From a virus (taxonomy: Duplodnaviria > Caudoviricetes): a stretch of DNA of 60,313 nt. The DNA is taken from positions 1-60,313 of the IMG/VR virus record IMGVR_UViG_3300047476_000372, one strand, 5' to 3'. Shown here one piece after another: positions 1 through 9,303 of this stretch. Made by a program: the position numbers and the translations under genes. The notes under the pieces are model-generated. The model saw nothing but the letters and a program-made list of their open reading frames with translations, did not search any database and was not told where the DNA came from. How positions within the stretch are numbered: the stretch's first letter is position 1; every line of letters starts with the position of its first letter.

Positions 1-224
1 GGTATTAATCTAAGAGTATCAAAAAATATTACAGGAGCAACTGCTTCTTTTAATGTTCTTGCTTCTGGTGCTGTTCAATCAGATGTAACTTCTGCCTATG
101 GATTTTATAATACATCATCAACAGCAGGAGCTTCTTTTACTTTAAATGCCTACTTTCATTTCTTTGCCGAACAAGGTACATTTGGTGTAGGTTCAACGGT
201 TTCAAGTCAATACGGATTTTATGT
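1..224 (+). repeat. Terminal overlap, copy 1 (matches 60090-60313)
   Basis: 224 bp with 5 mismatches (positions 102, 112, 126, 128, 213). Confidence 0.95.
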
Positions 225-3200
225 TGGTGCGTCATTAATAGGTGCAACTAATAATTACGGATTTTTTGGAAACATAGCAGCCGCTACGGGTCGCTGGAAT
301 CTCTATATGGCTGGAACGGCTGATAATTATTTGGCTGGTAGTCTTGGCATAGGGATTGCAACTCCTACAATAAAATTGCAAGTAGAAAACAATGAAAATG
401 CTAGTAATGGTGTTTGGACAAGAAATACAAATAGCGGTACTGCTGCTTCAAGTTATTTTACAACTGTATCAAATGCTGGACAAATAAATATAACAGCACA
501 TAGTACAACTCATTCTGTTTGGGCAAATACTGCTGTAATAAATACTACTTCAGGCTTTACTGGTGGATTAACAACTTTTGTTACTGCTGGTAACTATGAT
601 GTATGGACTGGTTCTTCTATAAGACAAAGAATAACAAGCGGCGGTAACCTCCTCATCGGCAGCACAACCGATTCTGGCGAGAAGCTACAAGTCACTGGAA
701 CTGCGAAGATTACTGGTACAACTACTTTTGGAACTATTGGAAGTGGTACTGGATTAACTTGGGATAATACTAATAATAGATTAAATATTGGTAATGCATT
801 ACCAACAAATATTGGAAATCAAAATATTGTTGCATCTACATCAATAGTAGGATTTTCTGCAAAAAATACTTCATCGGCATCTGGCTCAACTCAAGCTGGA
901 TTTTATGTAGAAAATAACAGTGGTTTTGGAGGTCAATTATATAAAACAGGAAGCGCATATACAACTTATAAAATTATATCTGCAAATGATTTAGGATTTT
1001 ATAATTCTGGTGGTGGAAATATTTCTATATTAAACGATTTAGTATCTGGTAGTATTAGATTCGCTGCTGGTGGCTCATCAACAGTTCAATGGACGATAGC
1101 AAGTGATGGTAATCTTGAAGCAGCTGATGGTAAGAATTTGATTTTTGCAACAACAAACGGTACAAAAATAGGTACTGCTACAAACCAAAAGATAGGTTTC
1201 TGGAATGCTACTCCTATTATTAGACCAACTGGAAATATATTAACAGCCCTATCTACAATGGGTCTTGTATCCTCTCCAACAATAGCTGTTGGTGATGTGA
1301 CTGGAGCTGTGTCTGCTCTAACAGGAGAAGTTTCTACAACAGGAACAGGCTCTCTTACTGTTACACTTGGAACAACAGCAGTAACAGGTAAACTATTAAC
1401 AGGTCTTTCTGTAACATCTGGAGCTATAACATCATCAGACAGTATACTTGGTGCTTTTGGTAAGATTCAAGGTCAGATTAATGCTTTATCAGGTGGTTCT
1501 ACTTATAAAGGTTCTTGGAATGCTAATACAAATTCTCCAACAATTACTAGTGGTACTGGTACAGCTGGTGATTACTATATCGTAAGCACAGCAGGAACGA
1601 CAACAATAGATGGTGTGTCTAGCTGGGATATTGGAGATTGGATTATATTTAATGGAACTGTATGGCAGAAGATTGATAATACAGATTCTGTTACTTCTGT
1701 AAATAGCCAAGTTGGAGCTGTTGTACTTACCACTTCAGATATTACTGAAGGAACTAATCTTTACTACACAGATACTAGAGCAAGGGCTGCGATAAGCTTG
1801 ACAACATCTGGTTCTAGCGGAGCTGCTACTTATAGTTCTGGAGTATTAAATATTCCTAACTATACCTTATCAGGTTTAGGAGGCGTGTCTTCTTCAACAA
1901 CTTTAACAATAAATGGTACTGCACTAGATTTAACAACTTCTAGGTCTTGGGACGTAGGTACAGTAACCAGCGTAAACGCATCTGTTCCGACAGGGTTTTC
2001 TGTAGGTTCTGCGGTAACAAGTAGTGGGAATATTGCAATAGGGTTTGCTGCTGGATATGCACTACCTACAATATTGTCTCAATCGAATTGGGATGTTGCA
2101 TATAATGATAAAATAAATAGTGCTTCGGTAACTGGTACGACTACTAAGACTTTAACATTGACCCAACAAGATGGCGGCACAGTTACTGCATCTTGGTCTG
2201 ATGATAATTCTGTAACAAGTGTTTTTGGTAGGACTGGAGCAGTAGTTGCTACTAGTGGTGATTATACTACGGCTCAGGTAACTGAGAGTGGTAATTTATA
2301 TTTCACTAATGCTCGTGCAATAGCTAGTACACTAACAGGATATACAAGTGGAGCTGGAACAATAACAGCAAGTGATACTATCTTATCGGCTATTCAGAAA
2401 TTGAATGGCAATATCGGTGCACTTGTTACTGGAGTATCAAGTGTTAACGGATTGTCTGGTGCTGTTACATTAAGTACTTCTAATGTATCTGAAGGTACTA
2501 ACTTATATTATACAGATACTAGGGCTAGGGCAGCTATAAGCTTAACAACTACAGGTTCAAGTGGTGCTGCTACATATTCTGGAGGAGTTTTAAATATTCC
2601 TACATACACATTGGCTGGTCTTGGTGGTGTTTCTACTTCTAGGACTTTAACAATAAACGGAACAGCTTTTGATTTAAGTGCCGATAGAGCTTGGTCTGTA
2701 GGTACAGTTACTAGTGTTAATGCTAGTGTTCCAACAGGATTTTCTGTAGGTTCTGCGGTAACTTCTAGTGGTGATATAGCGATAAGCTTTGCTGCAGGGT
2801 ACGCACTTCCAACAACAGCTTCTCAGGCTAATTGGGATGCTGCTTATAATGATAAGATTAACAGTGCATCTGTTACCGGAACAACAACAAAAACACTAAC
2901 CCTTACACAACAAGACGGAGGCACAGTTACTGCATCTTGGAGCGATATTGATACTGCTCCTGTTTCTAGTGTATTTGGTAGGACAGGTGCTGTAGTTGCT
3001 TCAAGTGGAGACTACACAACAGCTCAGGTTACTGAAAGCGGTAACTTATATTATACCGATGCGAGAGCAAGGGCCGCAATAAGTTTAACAACTACAGGAA
3101 CTTCTGGTGCTGCTACTTACAGTGGAGGTGTTTTAAATATACCTCAGTATCAATCGGTATTGACAAATCCAGTTACAGGTACTGGAGCAAGTGGAAGACT

Positions 3201-3888
3201 TTCTATATGGAATGGTTCAACTACCGTAACATCATCTTCTACCTTATACTATTCAGACCCTCACTTATACTTGGGTTATCTTGGAAGTGGAGCTGAGTAC
3301 AGTTTGACTATTGGTCAATCTAGAACAGGTAATGGATATGCTTACATAGACTTAGTTGGTGATTCTACTTACGCTGATTACGGATTAAGAATTATGCGTT
3401 CTAATACTGGAGCAAATACAAATTCAGTACTAGAGCATCAAGGAACTGGAGATTTTGTTTTCAAGACTGTTCATGCTGCAGCAATTAAATTCCAGACAGG
3501 AGCTACAGAAAGGGTTGCTATATCTAGTGACGGTCAAATGTGGGTAGGGTATTTAACTAGTCAAGGTTCTTATACACTTCAGGTTAATGGTTCTACTTTC
3601 TCTTCTAATGGATTTTTTGAAACTTCAGATATAAGAATCAAAGATATTATAAGACAACATGATGGGTTAGATTTTGGAGCTATAGAGTATAAATGGAAAG
3701 ATGGTAGAGATACTAAAACACATTGGGGTTATGCTGCGCAAGATGTACAGAAAGTTATACCTGATGCAGTATACTTAAATGATAATGGATTCTATTCATT
3801 AGATTATAATCAAGCTCACACTTATAAAATAGCTAAGTTAGAGGAAGAAATTAAAGAACTTAAAAAGAAATTAAATGCCTTGGAGTAG
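1..3888 (+). CDS. Tail fibre/spike, C-terminal part (continues from 57648 across the window ends); C-terminal intramolecular chaperone (peptidase S74-like) domain
   Basis: Frame open from base 1, so the ATG at 307 is internal. G/S/T-rich repeats (GNLLIG, VTSVFGRTGAV, EGTNLYYT). C-terminal TSDIRIKD...WGYAAQDV...P motif then a coiled coil. Confidence 0.9.
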   Translation, partial: GINLRVSKNITGATASFNVLASGAVQSDVTSAYGFYNTSSTAGASFTLNAYFHFFAEQGTFGVGSTVSSQYGFYVGASLIGATNNYGFFGNIAAATGRWNLYMAGTADNYLAGSLGIGIATPTIKLQVENNENASNGVWTRNTNSGTAASSYFTTVSNAGQINITAHSTTHSVWANTAVINTTSGFTGGLTTFVTAGNYDVWTGSSIRQRITSGGNLLIGSTTDSGEKLQVTGTAKITGTTTFGTIGSGTGLTWDNTNNRLNIGNALPTNIGNQNIVASTSIVGFSAKNTSSASGSTQAGFYVENNSGFGGQLYKTGSAYTTYKIISANDLGFYNSGGGNISILNDLVSGSIRFAAGGSSTVQWTIASDGNLEAADGKNLIFATTNGTKIGTATNQKIGFWNATPIIRPTGNILTALSTMGLVSSPTIAVGDVTGAVSALTGEVSTTGTGSLTVTLGTTAVTGKLLTGLSVTSGAITSSDSILGAFGKIQGQINALSGGSTYKGSWNANTNSPTITSGTGTAGDYYIVSTAGTTTIDGVSSWDIGDWIIFNGTVWQKIDNTDSVTSVNSQVGAVVLTTSDITEGTNLYYTDTRARAAISLTTSGSSGAATYSSGVLNIPNYTLSGLGGVSSSTTLTINGTALDLTTSRSWDVGTVTSVNASVPTGFSVGSAVTSSGNIAIGFAAGYALPTILSQSNWDVAYNDKINSASVTGTTTKTLTLTQQDGGTVTASWSDDNSVTSVFGRTGAVVATSGDYTTAQVTESGNLYFTNARAIASTLTGYTSGAGTITASDTILSAIQKLNGNIGALVTGVSSVNGLSGAVTLSTSNVSEGTNLYYTDTRARAAISLTTTGSSGAATYSGGVLNIPTYTLAGLGGVSTSRTLTINGTAFDLSADRAWSVGTVTSVNASVPTGFSVGSAVTSSGDIAISFAAGYALPTTASQANWDAAYNDKINSASVTGTTTKTLTLTQQDGGTVTASWSDIDTAPVSSVFGRTGAVVASSGDYTTAQVTESGNLYYTDARARAAISLTTTGTSGAATYSGGVLNIPQYQSVLTNPVTGTGASGRLSIWNGSTTVTSSSTLYYSDPHLYLGYLGSGAEYSLTIGQSRTGNGYAYIDLVGDSTYADYGLRIMRSNTGANTNSVLEHQGTGDFVFKTVHAAAIKFQTGATERVAISSDGQMWVGYLTSQGSYTLQVNGSTFSSNGFFETSDIRIKDIIRQHDGLDFGAIEYKWKDGRDTKTHWGYAAQDVQKVIPDAVYLNDNGFYSLDYNQAHTYKIAKLEEEIKELKKKLNALE
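1690..3144 (+). repeat. Internal duplication in tail fibre, ~744-nt period (two ~210-aa copies plus a partial third)
   Basis: EGTNLYYTDTRARAAISL...SVFGRTGAVVA.SGDYTTAQVTESGNLY starts at 1747 and again at 2491; differences are mostly synonymous. Confidence 0.9.
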
Positions 3889-5035
3889 TCTTGCAAACAA
3901 TCAGTCTGTTTCTGATACTAATCTAAAAGATGCTGTTGATACTGGAGTATTTTCAGCAGGAGGCACTGCATTTCCATCTCCTACTCAAAATAAGGAAGTA
4001 ACTAAATCTAGATGTGAGAGTTATATTAATATTCAAAATATAAAAAATCCTTCTTTTTTAGTTAAGTCTAGTAATCAAATTATTACTAAAGAGGATATTT
4101 ATAATGTAGGAGACTTTAGATTAGACCCTCAATACGGAAAGGTATTTACAAATATGACTGGAACTAATCTTCCTTCATTTACTTTTAACGTAACTTCTAA
4201 CACAATAAAGCAATATAATAATATAATTCCTGCACAAAATATATTTGTAGAACTTACAGGAAATGCTTTTGTAAGCCCTGTTAGAGTATCACTATATATT
4301 AATAGTGTATTAATACAGAGTGTAGCCATAGCTCAGAATGGTGCAACATCAGCTACATTAACTTTGCCAAATGATGTCTCTCCGACTAATGAAATAAAGA
4401 TATCTGTAGACTCTGGTTCTGTTCCTCCTTCAGGTTCTTTTACATTTGGAAGTACGCCCGTAAACTGTGTTGCTGTAAGTAAGAATACTGGTCAATATCA
4501 GATAGCTTCAATAGGTGTTTGGGATTATGATGTATCTGGATTTACAAGATGCGCTACTAAAGGGGGTTATATATGCTATTCTTCTGATTATGGTGCTACT
4601 TGGTATAAGTCTAATGTCACAGGAAACTTCTGTAAATTGGCTATATCTGATAATGGTCAATATGCTATTGCTGCTTCTCAAAGCGGTTACCTATATAGGT
4701 CAACTAATTTTGGGGCAACTTGGTCTGCAGTTACTTCTCTAGGCGAAAAAGTATGGAGTGGAGCTGATATTGGAGCTAATATGTATGTTTGTTCTAGAAA
4801 AACAAATGGCGCAACAGAGGGTAAGGTTTATAAGTCTACAGACAATGGAGCTAGTTGGACAGACGTCACTCCCGCTTCTTCTAAAGATTTTAGTGCAATA
4901 GGTGTATACGATACTAAGTCTGGTACAGAACAAATTATTGTTGGTTCTTATTATAGTGACCTAAGATTAGCTTATTATCTTTCTGTTAATAGTGGAACAA
5001 GTTGGTCACCTTATTCAATACCTGTTTCAGTTTAA
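3875..5035 (+). CDS. BNR/Asp-box beta-propeller tail-associated protein
   Basis: Repeated SxDxGxTW motifs (SSDYGATW, STNFGATW, STDNGASW, SVNSGTSW). Confidence 0.75.
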   Translation: MPWSSLANNQSVSDTNLKDAVDTGVFSAGGTAFPSPTQNKEVTKSRCESYINIQNIKNPSFLVKSSNQIITKEDIYNVGDFRLDPQYGKVFTNMTGTNLPSFTFNVTSNTIKQYNNIIPAQNIFVELTGNAFVSPVRVSLYINSVLIQSVAIAQNGATSATLTLPNDVSPTNEIKISVDSGSVPPSGSFTFGSTPVNCVAVSKNTGQYQIASIGVWDYDVSGFTRCATKGGYICYSSDYGATWYKSNVTGNFCKLAISDNGQYAIAASQSGYLYRSTNFGATWSAVTSLGEKVWSGADIGANMYVCSRKTNGATEGKVYKSTDNGASWTDVTPASSKDFSAIGVYDTKSGTEQIIVGSYYSDLRLAYYLSVNSGTSWSPYSIPVSV

Positions 5036-5045
5036 AATATATATA

Positions 5046-5462
5046 ATGGCATATTCACGTATAGAAAGCATTGTTGACATTAAGTTTAGGTTTGGTACTG
5101 CAGTAATATCATGTAATGAATATTATTACAATAATATTTCTAGAATTGTTAAATCAAGCAATGGGATATCTTGGCAAAATATTACAACAGATACTAATGG
5201 AAAATTCTTTGATGTTGCTTTAAATGATTTCCCAGATTGTTTTGTAACTTACCTACCATTAAGTGGTGGAGTATATGGTACAGACTACTTAAAAAAAATA
5301 ACAGGCTTATCTACAGTATCAAATGTTACTTCAAGCGGGTCTAGGTCTTGGCAATGTGTAGATATAGATAACTTTAGTGGCGCTAATAAGTACATACTAG
5401 TTGGAACCGATAATGGATTATATAGGTCTAATGACGGTGGGGCAACTTTTACTGCTTTATAG
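5046..5462 (+). CDS. Short BNR/Asp-box protein
   Basis: SSNGISW and SNDGGATF motifs; ATG 5046 preferred over GTG 4992. Confidence 0.65.
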   Translation: MAYSRIESIVDIKFRFGTAVISCNEYYYNNISRIVKSSNGISWQNITTDTNGKFFDVALNDFPDCFVTYLPLSGGVYGTDYLKKITGLSTVSNVTSSGSRSWQCVDIDNFSGANKYILVGTDNGLYRSNDGGATFTAL

Positions 5463-5472
5463 ATATATTAAT

Positions 5473-5480
5473 TAAATTTG
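5473..5480 (+). promoter_or_regulatory. Bacteroidota sigmaA -7 box (TAAATTTG)
   Basis: TAnnTTTG consensus. Equivalent + strand boxes at 5858, 6408, 8472, 9078, 21023, 29069, 29558, 30191, 31766, 35344, 37671, 40177, 41181, 46671, 48834 and 57093, each just upstream of a gene. Confidence 0.7.
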
Positions 5481-5501
5481 TAAAACTTAAAATAAAATAA
5501 A

Positions 5502-5771
5502 ATGGCAAAAGTTCAACCAGTAAATGTACCAAGCGTTGGCGTTGGTACTACATTAGAAGTAACAGTACTTCCTTTCAGCACAAGAGCAACAACTGTCCAG
5601 ACTTGGAACAAATTGGTTGACGACGAAGGAAAGGAAGTAATCCCTGCTTGGAATTACACTTTAACAGAAGAGGAGTATAACTCATGGGGTGTAGACAATT
5701 CAGTAGTGGATGATTATGTAGCTGCAGATAAGGGTCTTGTAATCATACCTGACGCTCCAGAAGCAGAATAA
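5502..5771 (+). CDS. Hypothetical tail-associated protein
   Basis: 89-aa ORF with A-rich leader, upstream promoter and downstream terminator. Confidence 0.75.
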   Translation: MAKVQPVNVPSVGVGTTLEVTVLPFSTRATTVQTWNKLVDDEGKEVIPAWNYTLTEEEYNSWGVDNSVVDDYVAADKGLVIIPDAPEAE

Positions 5772-5797
5772 GTAATTACCTTAGGATAACCCACATT

Positions 5798-5823
5798 ACC
5801 TAGCAGAAATGCTAGGTTTTTGT
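5798..5823 (+). terminator. Intrinsic terminator
   Basis: ACCTAGCA-GAAA-TGCTAGGT followed by a T tract. Confidence 0.85.
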
Positions 5824-5885
5824 GTTTATTTTATTTGTTAGATTGAAAGTTTGGCACTATTTTTGTTATACAAATACCAAAAACC

Positions 5886-6338
5886 ATGGCAAAAGTAACT
5901 AAAACGTATCAGGAGCTAATTCAGCTCGCAAATGCAATCAACATTTTATCTAACTCTAAGGAACATGTAGAGGCTAATACAAAAGGTGTAAAGAAGCTAC
6001 AGAAGATTGGGGGTAAGATTAAGTCAGAACTAGAGGCTTACAATGAGAAGCTAGAGGACTTGAGACTAGACAATGCGCATACAGATGAGTCTGGTGCGCT
6101 TATCCTTGACGAAAAAGGTGGATATAAGTTTAGCAAGGATGGGTTGAAAAAGCTTAATAAAGATATTAAAAAGCTGTTAGAGGACACTTTTGAGTTCTAC
6201 CAGTTTACATTCTCTCATGAAGGTCTTGAACTTTATGGATTCCTTGAGGGATGGGTAGAGGGTCTTAATTTCCCTAAAGAAGAAGTAGAAGCTGAAGAAG
6301 TAGAAGAAGCGCAAGTAATTTCTATGGAAGCTGAATAA
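5886..6338 (+). CDS. Hypothetical coiled-coil protein (possible tail assembly chaperone)
   Basis: 150-aa ORF with acidic tail; own TTTG-N20-TATTTTTG promoter. Confidence 0.75.
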   Translation: MAKVTKTYQELIQLANAINILSNSKEHVEANTKGVKKLQKIGGKIKSELEAYNEKLEDLRLDNAHTDESGALILDEKGGYKFSKDGLKKLNKDIKKLLEDTFEFYQFTFSHEGLELYGFLEGWVEGLNFPKEEVEAEEVEEAQVISMEAE

Positions 6339-6366
6339 AAGATAGTTTTTCATGTGTTTGTTGATT

Positions 6367-6396
6367 GGGGGTCTTTTCTAGGACCCCCTATTTTTT
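6367..6396 (+). terminator. Intrinsic terminator
   Basis: GGGGGTCTT-TTCT-AGGACCCCC followed by TATTTTTT. Confidence 0.85.
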
Positions 6397-6419
6397 GTAA
6401 AATAGCTTAAATTTGTACT

Positions 6420-6983
6420 ATGAGAGATATCATATTCATGCTCACGATACTATGCCTTTCTTTCTTTTTATATAGAGAATGTAACAAGGAGCCTATAGTT
6501 ATTGAAGGAGAGCCATACGATGTATTAAAGATTGTCAGAGATACAGAGTATATACCATTTAAGGTTGTACTACCACAGGACACTTTGATTAAGGATACTA
6601 CCATCTATGTAGATGTCCCATACCTAGATTCATCTATGATTGACTCTGTTCTTAGGGAATATTATTCGAAATCTGTATATGTCGATACGGTAGGTGTAGG
6701 TAAGTTTGGCTACCTGTATATTCAGGATACGGTAAGTCGTAACTCTATAGTCAATAGGATGCTTTCTGCTGACCTAACGTTCCCTTCGTATAGGGATACC
6801 ATATACCTAGGTCAACAGCTACGTAATGGGCTTTATTTGGGCTCTAGAATGGATTTAACAGAACGTGGTATATTCTTAGGGCCTTCTTTGATGTATCTTA
6901 AGAATAATAAGATATTTAGTGGTTCGTTTAGTTTAGGTGGAGGAAAGCCATTTTATAGTGTAGGAATGAATATAAAGCTATGA
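6420..6983 (+). CDS. Membrane-anchored lysis protein (spanin-like)
   Basis: N-terminal TM, DT-repeat stalk, C-terminal beta strands ending VGMNIKL; heads the lysis cassette. Confidence 0.55.
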   Translation: MRDIIFMLTILCLSFFLYRECNKEPIVIEGEPYDVLKIVRDTEYIPFKVVLPQDTLIKDTTIYVDVPYLDSSMIDSVLREYYSKSVYVDTVGVGKFGYLYIQDTVSRNSIVNRMLSADLTFPSYRDTIYLGQQLRNGLYLGSRMDLTERGIFLGPSLMYLKNNKIFSGSFSLGGGKPFYSVGMNIKL

Positions 6984-7258
6984 GGATACTAGAGATATTT
7001 AGGGATGAGAAAGGTAACTACTCCTCAAACAGATTTGTAGGCGTATTGTCAGGTTTATCCTTATGTGCATGTTTAATTATATCAGCAGCCTCACACAGGG
7101 AAATTACCCCACATGAAGGGCTTATAGATGCTGTTGTATTTATATGTACAGGAAGTCTAGGATTTGGCATGATTAATAAGGTAGCAGAAAAAATATACGG
7201 AAATGAGAAAGGACAAGGTAACACTACAGAGGATAGAGCTACTCCATCCGAAGGTTAG
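6980..7258 (+). CDS. Putative holin
   Basis: Two TM segments after an SSNRF motif; overlaps the endolysin start by 56 nt. Confidence 0.7.
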   Translation: MRILEIFRDEKGNYSSNRFVGVLSGLSLCACLIISAASHREITPHEGLIDAVVFICTGSLGFGMINKVAEKIYGNEKGQGNTTEDRATPSEG

Positions 7259-7715
7259 GGAAGAAGTTAGGGAGATTTATGATGAAATCTGTACTAGATT
7301 AACGGGTAATGCTGGATGCAGATTTACACATACCTTGAGGACGTTTAAGGAGCAGGATGATTTATATGCTCTTGGTAGAACTAAACCCGGAAAGATAGTC
7401 AGCCATGCTCGTGGTGGCCAGTCCTATCATAACTTCGGTTTGGCAATAGATTTTTGCTTAATTATAGACAAGAACAATGATTGGGTGTTTGAGGAGATTT
7501 CTTGGGACACTAAAAAAGACTACGACAAAGACGGCACATCTGAGTGGAGAGAAGTTGTAGAAGTGTTTAAAATGTATGGATGGGAATGGGCTGGTGAGTG
7601 GAAATCCTTCAAGGACTTCCCGCATTTTCAAAAAACTTTTGGTTATACCACTCCTCAATTAAAAAAGCTTTACGACTCAAAAAAGGTAGATAAAAATAAT
7701 TATGTTCTTATATGA
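7203..7715 (+). CDS. Endolysin, M15 family (L-Ala-D-Glu peptidase-like)
   Basis: RTFKEQDDLYA.GR, SYHNFGLAID, WAGEW..FKDFPHFQ. Confidence 0.92.
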   Translation: MRKDKVTLQRIELLHPKVREEVREIYDEICTRLTGNAGCRFTHTLRTFKEQDDLYALGRTKPGKIVSHARGGQSYHNFGLAIDFCLIIDKNNDWVFEEISWDTKKDYDKDGTSEWREVVEVFKMYGWEWAGEWKSFKDFPHFQKTFGYTTPQLKKLYDSKKVDKNNYVLI

Positions 7716-8287
7716 AGTTGAAGTCTGGTATATACTGCATTAAATGTTTAGAAAATGGTAAAATGTATATTGGAAAAAGCATTAATATCACAGATAGAAG
7801 GCAGAAGCATTTCAACTTACTAAAAAGAGGTATTCACGATAATAGAAAAGTCCAAAATTCATATAACAAATATGGTAAAAAGTCGTTTGTTTTTGGAGTA
7901 ATAGAGTTTTGTGAAGTTGATAAGTTATCTGAACTGGAGTCATTTTATATGAAAAAATACAATTCTTTTGATAAAAAGAATGGATTTAATATAAGTAGCG
8001 AAAATTGTGGTTTTACGGTACAGTCAGAGGAAACTAAACAGATTTTGAGAGATATAAGGTCTAATGTGTCTAAAACTGTATATGCCTTCACTAAAGAGGG
8101 AGATTTTGTTAAAAAATGGGATAGCATAAGCTCTTGTGCAAGCGAATTAAATGTAAATCCATGTGATGTAAGAAGGACAATTAGTCAAAAACAGAGATTT
8201 TGTAGGAATTTAGTGCTAAATGATACCAAAGAGTTTAGGCTAAGGGGGAATATGAGGGTATACAACAGGAAAAATATAAGAAAGTAG
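7712..8287 (+). mobile_element. Free-standing GIY-YIG homing endonuclease with C-terminal NUMOD1-like HTH
   Basis: SGIYCI...MYIGKS...R..H motif; VYAFTKEG.FVKKWDSISSCA at the C-terminus; flanked by the duplicated endolysin 3' end. Confidence 0.88.
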
Positions 8288-8313
8288 ATAAAAACAACTA
8301 TGTATTAATATGA
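8281..8313 (+). repeat. Displaced copy of the endolysin 3' end (KVDKNNYVLI*), recoded twin of 7683-7715
   Basis: 33 nt encoding the identical peptide with 6 synonymous nucleotide differences. Confidence 0.9.
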
Positions 8314-8468
8314 AATTCACCATCCTATTATCAATCGTAACCATCATTGGATTTGAAATTGGCGTAGACTTTTTATCCTTCGCTGTACCATTAACAGTTT
8401 TATTTTCTGTTGTCACTGCGGAGCATATGCAAGACAACAAATGGAAGTCTATATTTAAAGTAGACTGA
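8310..8468 (+). CDS. Small 2-TM membrane protein (52 aa, MKFTILLSIV...)
   Basis: Below the ORF-track cutoff; ATGA-coupled to the displaced endolysin stop. Confidence 0.65.
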   Translation: MKFTILLSIVTIIGFEIGVDFLSFAVPLTVLFSVVTAEHMQDNKWKSIFKVD

Positions 8469-8497
8469 CTTATATTTGCAATACATGATTTAAGAAA

Positions 8498-8689
8498 ATG
8501 GACAACCACGAATTAGACTTTTTGGGAATACCTTCAACGATACTCTCGTGGTTAGCGTTTTTTAACCTCGTATCTATAAGTCCAATACTGAATGGGCTTG
8601 TCAGCATTATGTCACTTGTATGGTTAAGCATGCAGATGTATGGCTGGGTAGAGAAAAGAATTAAAGCCTCTAAAAATGGCAAAAAATAA
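8498..8689 (+). CDS. Small membrane protein (holin/antiholin-like)
   Basis: Two hydrophobic segments and a basic tail; -7 box at 8472. Confidence 0.65.
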   Translation: MDNHELDFLGIPSTILSWLAFFNLVSISPILNGLVSIMSLVWLSMQMYGWVEKRIKASKNGKK

Positions 8690-8948
8690 TAATGCAGGAG
8701 AACATCCTAGCTACGAAGGATGGAGTAAGTCTTCAATAGAAAGAAAGAGAGCGTACGATAAGAAGTACCATCAAACTAAAGAACGTAAGAGGTATAGGGC
8801 ACAGCTTAATAAAGCCAACAGAGAAGCTGGTACGTATGGCAATGGTGATGGTATGGATATGAGTCATAAAAAATCAGGCAAGTTAAAGCTTGAGCTCGCA
8901 AGAATAAACCGTTCAAGAAACGGAAAGTCAGGCTCTTCTAAAGCTTGA
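8676..8948 (+). CDS. Small basic protein with degenerate HNH-like motif
   Basis: GDGMDMSH...NRSRN. Confidence 0.55.
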   Translation: MAKNNNAGEHPSYEGWSKSSIERKRAYDKKYHQTKERKRYRAQLNKANREAGTYGNGDGMDMSHKKSGKLKLELARINRSRNGKSGSSKA

Positions 8949-8954
8949 TGATAG

Positions 8955-9071
8955 TTATCTAGCATATATAAGTTTTCTAAGTTGCTTTGCAATTTCATCT
9001 TGAATCTTTTCTAGTTTTTTTTTCTTTTCCATCAACTCCTTAATGAGTTGGTCTTTTTTAGTCTCTTCCAT
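8955..9071 (-). CDS. Small coiled-coil protein (38 aa, MEETKKDQLIKEL...)
   Basis: Manual translation; fills the gap between genes. Confidence 0.5.
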   Translation of the reverse strand: MEETKKDQLIKELMEKKKKLEKIQDEIAKQLRKLIYAR

Positions 9072-9088
9072 AATGTATATATTTGGTC

Positions 9089-9274
9089 ATGATTTATCTA
9101 GTTCGTCCAATAGAAAATAAGTCAGATATGCTCCTCTATGTTTGTTCACTAAAGGAGACAGAGATAGTTCTGAATGAAATCCAGAACTTCAATATCGACT
9201 ATATTTCTTGTGATGACGGAATCATTGCGTATGAGAATGACCCATTCTTACTAATGCAAATTAACATTAACTAG
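9089..9274 (+). CDS. Hypothetical protein (probably leaderless)
   Basis: ATG 3 nt after TATATTTG. Confidence 0.55.
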   Translation: MIYLVRPIENKSDMLLYVCSLKETEIVLNEIQNFNIDYISCDDGIIAYENDPFLLMQININ

Positions 9275-9303
9275 ACAAGTTCTGCAAACTTTTTTGTTTA
9301 CAA

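Noticed and set aside
1-224. DGR template/variable repeat pair (3 of 5 mismatches involve A)
   Set aside because: No reverse transcriptase in the genome, two mismatches are not at A, and both copies are in-frame parts of the same gene at the contig ends.
7712-8287. Group I intron around the GIY-YIG gene
   Set aside because: No flanking non-coding sequence for an intron core; the endolysin is complete upstream.
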